NCBI RefSeq assembly: GCF_001194135.2
Contig: NC_068982.1
Coordinates: 70,906,112-70,969,160 of the forward strand
From: Octopus bimaculoides
Taxonomy: Eukaryota
Direction: 5' to 3'
DNA: 63,049 bases
Positions 51,056 through 63,049 of the stretch are shown piece by piece. The notes under the pieces were generated by a model. The model had not been told where the DNA came from, searched no databases, and saw only the letters and a program-made list of their open reading frames with translations. The position numbers and the translations under genes were made by a program. Each line of letters opens with the position of its first letter. Within the stretch, counting starts at the first letter, position 1.

Positions 51056-53370
51056 TTTGGCGATGAGGGTTTTGAAGCTCACATAGGTTATTTAACAATT
51101 TGTTCGTGATACAACTTGTTAAATAATGGAAGACCTATTCGCTTCCATAGTACAGTTGCAAAAGCAACAGCAAGAACAGCAACAGGAATTGCAGAAGCAA
51201 CTTTTACAGCAACAACTATAACAACAACAATTATTGGAGCTATATTCAAACTAATTCAAAAATGAGGAAACCTATGTTAAGAAAAACAGTGAAATCTGCT
51301 TGTAGTGCAATGGGGGAGAAATTACATTTCATAGGTGAAATGTGTGACTAATGTCACATTTTGAGGAAAAACATGCACGGTAGAAGTCTTTGTTGTTAAA
51401 AATGCAACCGATCTGTTTAGTACCAATTGGTTAGAATTATTCAATTTATGGGACCTCCCCATAAATCTCTATTGTAAAAACGTAAATGGTTGTCCCTCTA
51501 AATATAATTTGTCTGAAGAGTTAAAGAGAAAATTTTTGAAAATGTTTCTGCATATACTCTCAGACAAACTAGGTCTATGCACAAAGACTGAAGCATGTTT
51601 TGAATTAGATGATAGCATTACACCTGTGTTCAAGCCTAATAGGATAGTGCCTTTTGTGGCAATAAAGCAAGTGGACGATGAGTTGGACAGATTTGAAAAA
51701 AACCGGAAGCATTGAAAAAGTGGATTACATGAATGGGCAGCTCTGATTGTATGTATAAAAAAGAAAAATAACAAAATTAGGTAGTGTGCTGATTTTTTGA
51801 CCAGTTTAAATGACTGTTTAAAAAATTAAAAGTTAACCATTATCCACTGCTGACCCTAGAAGATATTTTTACAAAACTAAACAGAAAAAAGATATTTTCG
51901 AAACTCAATCTGTCTGACTCGTCTTCAAATCAAAGTAGATAAAAAATGGTCAAAGTTGTTAATGGTCACACACAGAGGTCTATACTAATACAATAGACTA
52001 CCTTTTAAACTGAAGGTAGCACCTGCAATATTTCAACAGGTGATGGACCTGATGTTGGCAGACTGTCAATTTGTTATTCCTTACCTTGATGATGTGTTCA
52101 TCAAAAGCCAATCACGGAATAAGCATATCAAATACGTGAAGTGTGTCTTTAAAAAATTTAAGGATTATGGTTTCACAATCAGTGAAGAGAAGTGTGAATT
52201 CTTTTTGCCTAAAATCAAATACCTAGGTCAAATCATAGATAAGAATGGAAGACGTTCTGACCTGTCAAGGACAGACACAATCAGGTTAATTCCCAAGAGC
52301 ATGAAACCATGAGAAGAGACTGTGACAGCATCATTGCAGTCAGTAAATGAAGTAAGAAGTATTGTGTGTAGTATAATCTAGGAACTGCCGGTGACAGCAC
52401 ATGATATAAAAATGAAATCCGTACAGGATAGGTACATTACAAGAATGAAGGAAACATTGAAAAATAAGCATGATAAAAATACAAATTCAAATAATTTCTC
52501 ACTATGCAACGATGTTTTAATGTATGGCAGAGTGTAGTAGTACCAAGTGCACTACAGAAACGAGTATTGCAATAATTCCACTGTGAGCACTTGGGAATTT
52601 CCAGAATGAAAGCTATAATGAGGAGCTTTGTATATTGGCTGATTATGGAGAGGGAAATTGAGAAATTAGTGAAAGCATGTAGAGGTTGTGCATTGACAAC
52701 CAAAGCACTACCAGTAAAATACCAATTGTGGCTGGAGACTGAAAGACCATGGTCCAGGATACATATCAACTATGCTGGACCAGTGAACGGCACATACTAT
52801 CTAATCATCGTGGATAGCTATACAAAGTGGCCAGAGGTATGCAGATGTAATAAACCTACAGCAAAGACAACAGTAATGTTCCTACTCAAATTATTTGCTC
52901 GGTACAGTGTTTCAGACATGTTAGTTTCAGATAATGGAACACAATTCACAGGATATGAATTAAGAAATTTCTGCAAAATATATGCCATAAAGCACATCTT
53001 TACCCTGCCGTACCACCCAAGGTCAAATGGGCAGGTGGAAAGATTTGTCAACATGTTCAAAAGAGCTCAAAGAAAAGCTAGGAGCAAGCTAGATAATGAT
53101 GAGGCACTAACAAAATTTTGAGAGTATATAGAATAAAGCCAAATCCAAATACTAATTCAGGAAAGTCACCTGCAGAGTTAATGTTCGCGCATAAAATAAA
53201 ATCGATCCTCGATAAATTATTGCCAGGAAAAAACACATATAAAAGAAAGACAAAAAATACATTTGAAGGAAATACAAGAAATATTACAAAACATTTTGAA
53301 GTAGGACAGACACAGTCATTGAGAAGGTCTTGTTTCACCAGTTTAGTTGGTGACCTCACTATTGCCAGAG
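50787..53370 (+). mobile_element. Decayed Gypsy/Ty3 (K02A2.6-like) LTR retrotransposon, internally deleted, no 3' LTR visible
   Basis: 5' LTR TGTTG...CA, PBS TGGCGATGAGG at 51058-51068, Gln-rich gag start MEDLFASIVQLQKQQQEQ at 51126, protease tail (LFSTNWLELFNLWDLPIN), RT (PVFKPNRIVPF, YNRLPF, YLDD, KCEFFLPKIKYLG), integrase (zinc-binding YW...CRGC, PWSRIHINYAGP, IVDSYTKWPEV, SDNGTQF, PYHPRSNGQVERF). Multiple stops and frameshifts. Confidence 0.93.
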
Positions 53371-54425
53371 ACTCAAAAAACAAAAAAAGTGCTAAGTCCT
53401 GGGGTCGATTTGCTCGACTAAAGGCAGTGCTCCAGCATGGCCGCAGTCAATTGACTGAAACAAGTAAAAGAGTAAGAGAGTACATTCTGTATAGTGGTTG
53501 ACATTAGGAAGGGAATCCAGCCATAGAAATCATGCCAAAACAGACACTGATGCATGATGCAGTTTTTGGTCCTGTCGGATCCAATCAAACTGTTCAACCC
53601 ACATCAGCAAGGAAGATAGACATTAAATGATGATGATGATGATGATGATGATNNNNNNNNNNNNNNNNNNNNNNNNNNNNNNNNNNNNNNNNNNNNNNNN
53701 NNNNNNNNNNNNNNNNNNNNNNNNNNNNNNNNNNNNNNNNNNNNNNNNNNNNNNNNNNNNNNNNNNNNNNNNNNNNNNNNNNNNNNNNNNNNNNNNNNNN
53801 NNNNNNNNNNNNNNNNNNNNNNNNNNNNNNNNNNNNNNNNNNNNNNNNNNNNNNNNNNNNNNNNNNNNNNNNNNNNNNNNNNNNNNNNNNNNNNNNNNNN
53901 NNNNNNNNNNNNNNNNNNNNNNNNNNNNNNNNNNNNNNNNNNNNNNNNNNNNNNNNNNNNNNNNNNNNNNNNNNNNNNNNNNNNNNNNNNNNNNNNNNNN
54001 NNNNNNNNNNNNNNNNNNNNNNNNNNNNNNNNNNNNNNNNNNNNNNNNNNNNNNNNNNNNNNNNNNNNNNNNNNNNNNNNNNNNNNNNNNNNNNNNNNNN
54101 NNNNNNNNNNNNNNNNNNNNNNNNNNNNNNNNNNNNNNNNNNNNNNNNNNNNNNNNNNNNNNNNNNNNNNNNNNNNNNNNNNNNNNNNNNNNNNNNNNNN
54201 NNNNNNNNNNNNNNNNNNNNNNNNNNNNNNNNNNNNNNNNNNNNNNNNNNNNNNNATTATTATTATAGCATGATGATATGTATAATGCATAGAATTATGA
54301 CTTGTCTCCTACCATTCGGAATTAAACAGCAAGATTTCGGAAAATGTCCCCAGAGATAAAAAGCTGTCAATCAACAAAAAATTGCACATGTTTCAGACTT
54401 CGTTTGCATAAATGAACAAACGTCA

Positions 54426-54474
<49 letters not shown>

Positions 54475-55439
54475 GAGACAGGTAGATAGATAATAAGTAT
54501 TTGTGATTTTATGTGTGTATATATGTGAATACATCTGTGTATGTAAACATATGTATGTACATATTGATAAATAGATAGATATATCAATATAGCATTTGTG
54601 ATTTTATATAATGTGTGTATGCATATATGTATGTATGTGTTTGTGTGTGTGTATACACAGACACACACACATATATATGATAGAAATTACTTGTGATTCC
54701 AGCATGTTTTGTTAATTCGGTTTCTGATGGGGTGGGGCTGAGGGATATAAAAATTATTGCAATTCACTTTTCAGAAAATAAATAAATAAATAAATAAACA
54801 AAATTTACAGATGTGAAAAAAAAAAACAAAAAAACTAGGGGATGAGGTTGGGATACATTTATGCTCAATGGATGTCATTAGCAATGAACTAATTTGAAAC
54901 TATTTAATTGTAGTATTTTCCACATATCAGCAAAATCTAGCCAAGAAAAGATTACCTCCATCACGACGGCAGTGGCTGTGGTAGTTAAAGTATCAGCGAA
55001 AGTGGTGGTTGGTTGGGCGATTATTGTTGCATTGGTTAGGAAGAGTGCTAGGAGAAGCAGAGTAACTACAGAAGAAAACGAGGAAGCAAAATGGCTGGAA
55101 GCTAGTGAAAGTAAAGGCAATATTTGATAGCAATAATTTCCATAATGGATATCCTGAATGACAGAAATACTAACAGCGATTACAACAATGAAGATGATGA
55201 TGATAATAATAATAATAATAATAATGAACTGTGTCAATGACTAAAAGAATGGCAATATTGCTATTGATGCTTTTAATAGCTACCAAATTTGATCTCTTCA
55301 ACGATGACTATGCCAAGGAGGAAAACTAAAATGTTTTCCTTTTCCCTCTCCATAACTGCTTTATCTTTGTGAGGGTCATGGTGTAGTTATTGAACAGATC
55401 AAATTGAAATTACATTTAGATTTCATACATCTCAATGTA

Positions 55440-55549
<110 letters not shown>

Positions 55550-56720
55550 TACATAGGGTGGGGCAGAGAGGACAAGCGTTTTTGAAAAAATTCACAATAT
55601 CATGAATTTTAGCTGCAAGCAAATTTTATTGACATCAGTGTGTTCATATTGAAAACAACATCCATCATATGGTGTCCATTTTCATTGATGCATTTCTGAA
55701 GGTGTTCTTGGAAGTTGGCCTCTACTCTTTCCAGCATTGCTCTGTGCATAGTCCCATGGTTTCAGCTGTTGCCCAATGACCAATTTGTATGGGTGGAAAT
55801 GCAGGTCTTCATGCAAAATAGGCCTTACTGATTGATTACCGATGCCAACTGGTGTCACATAAAAAGTACTGATGCTGGTGCCACATAAAAAGCACTGGCA
55901 CAGGTGCCACATTAAAAGCACTTGTGTTGGTGCCACATTAAAAGCACTGATGCTGGTGCCATATAAAAAGCACCCAGTACACTCTGTAAAGTGGTTGGCA
56001 TTAGGGGGAGTATCCAGCTGTGGAAGCCATGATGCCTCAGCAGACAGCTGGTGTCTTGTGTGGCTTCCTGGCCTTACCAGCTTTTGTCAAACCATCCAAC
56101 TCATGCCAGTATGAAAAAATAGATGTTAATTGACAATGAGGAGGATTATTCTAGGGTGGCATGGATTGGAAAGGTCATTGCCACTCTCTTTGAATGGTGT
56201 GAGGGCAACATTTCATTTGTTTCATTTTGAATCTGGTTTCCTAAGACCAACCATTTTACTGAGTGCAATAGGTGCATTTTATCGTGGCACCAGCACTAGT
56301 GAGGTTAAGAGTGAGAAAATGATAGCTAGAAAGAGGTGGATAATGGTGAGAGTGAATGATGAATTAGATGCCAAGTGACTGGGGAAGTGGGATATAGGTA
56401 GAGAGTATGGGTGTATACAGCTATGATGAGGTTTCTGCTCTCAAGATGGTGAGAGAGCTAGGGTGATAAGGATAAGAAAGAGAGATGGAGTGTTGGACAG
56501 AAGGGCACACAGATTCCATAGCATCTGTAGTTAACAATGAAGGTAACATACAGTGAAGTGAAGAGATCCACTGCTACCCTTGGTCACATTGGCAGCATTG
56601 TACAGTGAGGGTGAGAAGGGGAAAGAGTAATAAAGGTAAGAGTGATACAGACATGGATGATAGGTGAATGATAAGAGGAAGGTGGGATAACAGAGACAAG
56701 GAATTATGTATTTTTATGGT

Positions 56721-57020
56721 CATTATCATTTAACGTGTGTTTTCCATGCTGGCATGGGTTGGATGGTTTGACTGAAAACTGGTAAACTGGGGAGCTGCAC
56801 CAGGTTTCAATCTGATTTGGCAAGGTCCCTATGGCTGGATGCCCTTCCTAACACCAACCACTCCATGAGTGTAGTGGGTGTGTTTTTATGTGCCAGTTGC
56901 ATATCACTGGCATCTGCCACAACTATGATCTCACTTGGCTTGACAGGTCTTCTCAAGCACAGAATATTACCAAAGGTCTCAATCACTTGTCACTACCTCT
57001 GTGAGGCCCAACATTCAAAT
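56721..57020 (-). mobile_element. RTE LINE 3' end, shorter UTR variant
   Basis: Minus strand MLGLTEVVTSD*DLW*YSVLEKTCQAK*, then the shared 3' UTR. Confidence 0.7.
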
Positions 57021-57632
57021 GGTGCTTTTTACGTGCCACCAGCATGAGTACCAGTTATGGAACACTGGCAACGACCACAGATTCACTGTTTTACTACTGA
57101 TCTTCAAATCCATTTTGCAAGATTATGATATACATTCAGTTATCCAAATCCATTGCAAATATCTTTCCTGCTGACTGTACTGTCGTTGAAGTTAAAACCA
57201 AATCTGGTAAGGTTCAAATTTAGAAATAATTCCTGCTTTTAAACTTCATAGTTGTTAATGTTCTTCATACAGCTATGGATCCAATAGTATTGATTTCACA
57301 ATGTTGGTGGTCCTACTGCTGCTACTAGGGTTTAACCTTCTGTAGCATTAAGAGATTAGATTTACTAACATAACTGATTACTAAAATGTATTTATTAATA
57401 ATCATAATTATCGTTACTGATATATATATATATATATATAATTACTTTTTGTGTAGTTTTTTGACAATTTAAGTATGATAAACTTCTGAGCAACTTCTAC
57501 TTCTATGAAACTAGAGACATAGTTTAAATTTGTCATGGATAAATAAATAAAAGAGTTTCATTAAAAAAAAACAAAACATTACTTCAAATCTAATTTCATC
57601 TAAAATATGTTGCTTATGTAAGCCGGCTGTTA

Positions 57633-58210
57633 GATGATGATGATGATGATGATCATCATCATCATCGTCGTTTAACGTCTGCTTTCCATGCTAGCATGGG
57701 TTGGACAATTTCACTGAGGACTGCTGAAACCGGATGGCAACACCAGGCTCCAATCTGATTTGGCAGAGTTTCTACAGCTGGATGCCCTTCCTAACGCCAA
57801 CCACTCAGAGAGTGTAGTGGGTGCTTTTATGTGTCACCNNNNNNNNNNNNNNNNNNNNNNNNNNNNNNNNNNNNNNNNNNNNNNNNNNNNNNNNNNNNNN
57901 NNNNNNNNNNNNNNNNNNNNNNNNNNNATGTGCCACCCGCACAAGAGCCAGTCCAGGGGCACTGGCAACGATCTCGCTCGAAAATCCTTACACATGTCAC
58001 GGGCACAAGTGCCAGAAAGGCGACACTGGGCACAGGTGCTATCCCGATTTCGCTTTCACTTGCCCCAATAAGTCTTCGCAAGCTGAGTTTCGTGTCCAAT
58101 GAAGGAGACGACATTGGCACGGGTGCCAGTTGTCAAATTTAGTCTGAATTCACTTGCCTCAACAAGTCTTCGCAAGCGGAGTTTAGTGTCTAATGTAGAA
58201 AAGGTACGCA
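57633..58210 (-). mobile_element. RTE LINE 3' UTR copy with (GAT)n tail, interrupted by a gap
   Basis: High identity to 40607-41105. Confidence 0.8.
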
Positions 58211-58437
58211 TAAATGATGATGATGGAAAAAAATGTAGGAAAGGTATGCAGAAGTGACGATGATGGAAAAAAATGATGTATTACGGAAAATATCTGATTA
58301 TTTGAAACCAAAATCTTTATTTTGTTTCAAATACATTGGATGCCCTGGTGACAAGGGAGATAATCATTTCTCAGATTAGATTTTTAAACTGAACAAGGGA
58401 GAAGATACATAAAACATGCAATTTTTTCTTCTTACTA

Positions 58438-58600
58438 GGCGTAGGAGTGGTTGTGTGGTAAGTAGCTTGCTTATCAACCACATGGTTCTGGGTTCAGTCA
58501 CACTGCGTGGCATATTGAGCAAATGTCTTCTACTATAGCCTCAGGCTGACCAAAGCCTTGTGAGTGGATTTGGTAGATGGAAACTGAAAGACACCCGTCG

Positions 58601-58635
<35 letters not shown>

Positions 58636-58842
58636 CTGTGTCTGTGTTTGTTCCCCCAACATTGCTTGACAACCGATGCTGGTGTGTTTACATCCCTGTA
58701 ACTTAGCTGTTCGGCAAAAGAGACTGACAGAATAAGTACTAGGCTTCCAAAGAATAAGTCCTGGGGTCGATTTGCTCAACTAGAGGCGGTGCTCCAGCAT
58801 GGCCGCAGTCAAAAGACTGAAACAAGTAAAAGAGTAAAAGAG
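58438..58842 (+). mobile_element. SINE family B (tRNA-like head, internal (AT)n(GT)n, gtaaaaga tail), best-preserved copy
   Basis: ggcgtaggagtggttgtgtggtaagtagc...ggttcagtc...ggaaactgaaag...(AT)n(GT)n...gctccagcatggccgcagtc. Many homologues in the window. Confidence 0.85.
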
Positions 58843-58939
58843 TTACTCATAATAAAGATTTTAAAATTTCTAGTCAAGTAATCATGTATAGTGACATTTC
58901 ATTCTAATTAGAAATTTTCCGTATAACAATACCTGAGGC

Positions 58940-59388
58940 TTTAGCATTTAAACTGGTCATATCTGGCCCAAATATTCTACCTGTTTTATATTCAAACCAG
59001 CAAGATCTGGCCTCTCACACCTACCCTAAATGTTGTTCTAAAAATAAACAGTCATGCCTTCGAAATCTCGAAGCTACAAGATAGTGTATGTTTGAAACAA
59101 TATGAATAAATAAGCATTGCATTTGACAGAGTTATCCAAATGCTAATGGGTTGAACTAAATTAACCCTTTAGCATTAAAACCAGCCATATCTGATCCAAA
59201 TATTCTACCTGCTTTATGTTCAAATCAGCTAGATCTAGTCTTTCACACCTACTCTACAATGTCATTCAAAAAATAAAGAAATACATCATTGAAATCTCAT
59301 AGCTATAAGATTATGCATGATAAATTCAACACAATATGAATAAATGAACATTACATTTGACAGAGGAATCTGAATGCTAAGGTGTTAA
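58940..59388. mobile_element. Two tandem copies of a ~220-bp MITE with piggyBac-like ends
   Basis: ttaaCCCTTTAGCATT at 59161 and AATGCTAAGGTGttaa at about 59373-59388. A second copy at 58940-59154 and a partial copy at 12957-13140. Confidence 0.6.
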
Positions 59389-62300
59389 ACATTCTACAAA
59401 GCAAAATGTTTCTTGTAGGTGGCAAATAATTATAGTTTAGAAGACATTCATGGAATGTGTTTTCTTTTCTTTTTCTCCATAGATGATGATCATCTTTATT
59501 GTTTTACATTTACTTTCCATGCTAGCGTGGGTTGGATGGGTCATCAAAGCCCAAGTTGATTTTCATCTGGTGTTATTGCCCTTGATCAGAGGACCCTGTC
59601 TTGCTTGTATGCTTAAGTTTTGGCATATTTTTTCAGCTGGATACCATTCCTATCACCAGTGTTTTATATCATATACCATGACATTTGGAAATCTATTTCA
59701 AGCCAGTCCATTTCTGTTTCAGTCATTGGGCTGTGACCAAGCTGGGGCAATACCCTAAAGGGTTTAGTCCAACAAATTGACTCCAGTACTTATATATATA
59801 TGATAAGCTTCTATGCATAGGCCATCAAACAAATTCACTTACAAGGCATTAGTCAGTGCAGGGTTATAGTAGAGACACTTGCCCAAGGTACCATGCAGTG
59901 AGACTGAACCTGATACCACATGACTGCAAAAGTGATCTTGACCACACAGTCATGAACTCTATCATTGTGTCCAATGAATAAGAACATTTCCTATATATGT
60001 CCCTACTTAAACATGAATGTTTCATTAGAACAAACTATATTGTAGTAGTTACCATGAGAGAAACTCTCAAATTGGCTGTTGGTGCAAAATGCACTCGTGT
60101 TTAAAAAATGGATAGCAGGGAAATAAATCCCCACCATCTCCAGCGTTGAGACTACCAGCTCACATGACTTTGGCATTCTTTGTCCTCATCAATGATGAAT
60201 GCTCAACCACTAGAGATAGCAGCAACTTATCTCCTTGCCAGCAATATATAGAAGAACAGTGCCAGAACAGGTACTGGTGTCACTATTAGCCAGTTAGTTT
60301 GTTGAAATATATATATTAGTGACAGAGGCAGTTTTAATACTGAGAGATAATATTTATCCCCACTTGAATGTGGATGTTTTGTTAGAACAAACTATACTGT
60401 GGTAGATATCATGAGAGAAACTATTTTACTGGCTTTTAGTGCAAAATGCACTCTTGTTTACATCACTAGCAGGGAGATAAATCCCTGCCATCTCCAGTAC
60501 TGAGACCACCAGATCACATGATTTCAACTTTGTTTGATCTTGTCAAGGATGGACACTTGATCACGAGGGACAGCAGCAACTCATCTCCTTGCCTGTGATG
60601 TATAGAATGACAGTGCTAGAACAGGCGCTGATATCATGACAAACCAATGTTCTTACTCTTCACTGTCAACACAGACAAATCACCCAGAGCTCAGCCACTG
60701 TTTTCTATTTTCTCTCTACTACAGTAATTCCTAACATGGAGCATATGTCCCACTGGTGGGTTCTGGGAAAATTGTGCTGAGGCATGATGCCATAGTCGCC
60801 AGACACAAGTTTCTCTTTAAAGTGATTCACTTTTTTTTTTTTCTTAGTCAAGAACCATAAAAGCACCCATGTAGTGCCATGTAAAAGTACCCAGCACACT
60901 CTGTAAATTGATTGGTGTTAAGAAGGGCATCCAGTTGTAGAAACCATGCCAAATCAGACTGGAGTCTGGTGCAGCTCTCCAGCTTGTCAGCTCTGGTTAA
61001 ACTATCCAACCCATGCCAGCATGGGCAATGGATGTTAAATGATAATGATGATGATGATGATGATAATGATGATGAATAATGTGCTTTTTTTTGTACACAG
61101 TACTTAATAAAAGAATTTTCAGTAGAATTTCTTTTTTATTAAATAATTGTGATAAAATGCTGAAAATAAAGTTGGTTTTTGACAACCGCCAGTGGAGCAT
61201 ACATTTTTGTGGAAAGTTATAGTGGGGACCAGGGGAAAATAGGTTGGGGGACACTGTTCTGCTGCTTAAGTTTTTTGGCCATCAGGTTTGCCAAATTCTT
61301 TAGTCTTTATGAAGGTGCAGGTTTAGATGTGAGTTGCAGCATGGATAAGTGGGCATTAAAACAATGATGGTGATGATGAATGGCCAAATGCACAGACTTT
61401 AGAACAAAAAGTATTCTATCCAAATTGAGCTCTCATACTTGGCATGGCACTAATTTTGATGACCAGCATAGGCAAGATTCTTAAGATAGAAAATTGTTGT
61501 GCTTTTTCTCACTTCTACTTTTATGATAAATTCTGGCCTTTTGAATTTTCTACACACCAACCTCATCTTGAACTTATGCAATACATTGGCTTCTCTGCTG
61601 GTAATCCTAATGTGTGTCTTTTTCTATAAACCCCAGCTTAAATATTACATGCAGTCACTTACTCCAAGGACCTCTGCTCTATGGGTTTTCCATTCCTTCT
61701 TAGATCTTCCTTACATTATGCAAACCTCCAACTCATCAAGCTCCATATAGCATAGAATAAACAGGCCTATTTCCCTCGACATCTCCATGAAGCAAAACCT
61801 CTCCTTCTTGGACATGATAAAATAACAATGCACAAAGAAATATCCATATGCATACCATTTCATCATATCTCATTGTCCATATCACAAAATGGTTTGTTTT
61901 GTTGGGTGAGGAGTGTGGGGGGGGGACAGTTCTTGGAGTTTTTTTTTTCTTTGCTTGTTTATTTTTTGTTTCTTTCCCCCGTATAATTTTGTGTAAGAAC
62001 CGCAAAATGGCTTTTCATATAATTTTGCAATGTTTATGACTCCTTAAATTGAGATGTTCTAACTTCTAAGAAATATTCAATGTAATCTCAGATTTAACAA
62101 CAATATATTTNNNNNNNNNNNNNNNNNNNNNNNNNNNNNNNNNNNNNNNNNNNNNNNNNNNNNNNNNNNNNNNNNNNNNNNNNNNNNNNNNNNNNNNNNN
62201 NNNNNNNNNNNNNNNNNNNNNNNNNNNNNNNNNNNNNNNNNNNNNNNNNNNNNNNNNNNNNNNNNNNNNNNNNNNNNNNNNNNNNNNNNNNNNNNNNNNN

Positions 62301-62802
62301 NNNNNNNNNNNNNNNNNNNNNNNNNNNNNNNNNNNNNNNNNNNNNNNNNNNNNNNNNNNNNNNNNNNNNNNNNNNNNNNNNNNNNNNNNNNNNNNNNNNN
62401 NNNNNNNNNNNNNNNNNNNNNNNNNNNNNNNNNNNNNNNNNNNNNNNNNNNNNNNNNNNNNNNNNNNNNNNNNNNNNNNNNNNNNNNNNNNNNNNNNNNN
62501 NNNNNNNNNNNNNNNNNNNNNNNNNNNNNNNNNNNNNNNNNNNNNCAAAGAGTAGTAAGAAATATTTCCCCATTTAAATAATATCTAGGGAAAAAACTGA
62601 GATTAGAATCAGTTCTCAAAAAAATAAAAACAAAAATAAAATAGATTATAAACACACTTGTATACTTTGTGTGTGTGTGTATGTGTGTAGTGCTTTTGTG
62701 TGTGTCCACATATTTGACTGATTATATTCAAATTCCCATTTCCATATGCACACAGAAAACATATACAGTTGTGTGGTTTTGTGTATATGTACATAAGTAT
62801 AT

Positions 62803-62849
<47 letters not shown>

Positions 62850-63049
62850 ATTGGCACAGGTGTGGTTGTGTGGATAAGAAGTTTGCTTCCTAACCATATC
62901 CTCTTAGGTTCCGTTCCACAGTCTGACACCTTGGAAAAGTGTCTTCTACTTTTACTGCTGGGCTGACCAAAAGCCTTGTGAATGGATTTGGTAGATGGAA
63001 ACTGTTGTATGTATGTGCGTGTATATCATCATCATCATCATCGTCGTTT

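Noticed and set aside
54894-55127. ORF containing AKSSQ, identical to a recalled human CEP112 pentapeptide
   Set aside because: The flanking residues show no coiled-coil character or similarity, and the motif follows rather than precedes a splice site. Judged a coincidence.
59461-59758. Strong polypyrimidine tract + AG at 59482 followed by a 91-aa ORF
   Set aside because: The downstream sequence is an antisense RTE tail and SINE fragments, with no coiled-coil coding or matching donor.

Overview
AT-rich, gap-ridden eukaryotic scaffold, most likely from an octopod cephalopod (Octopus-type SINE/RTE repeats, dense (AT)n/(AC)n/(ATT)n/(CAT)n microsatellites). It carries the internal part of one long + strand multi-exon gene for a coiled-coil protein that matches CEP112 (CCDC46). 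I resolved nine phase-consistent GT-AG exons between 2777 and 33929, a probable tenth at 48363-48506 and a speculative terminal exon at 49752-49822. The 5' end of the gene lies upstream of the window. Introns are filled with at least three SINE families, RTE-clade LINE fragments and 3' ends, Helentron-like and piggyBac-like non-autonomous elements. A decayed, internally deleted Gypsy LTR retrotransposon sits at 50787-53370. No prokaryotic-type system (CRISPR, operon) and no real tRNA/rRNA gene is supported. The best leads are: (1) an intron bracketed by inverted minisatellite arms; (2) RFX X-box motifs in repeat-poor intronic islands, one with a plausible nested antisense spliced transcript; (3) a copy-number-variable hairpin module in the RTE LINE 3' UTR; (4) an assembly anomaly around the tenth exon. 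Homology calls come from remembered protein motifs and need BLAST confirmation.
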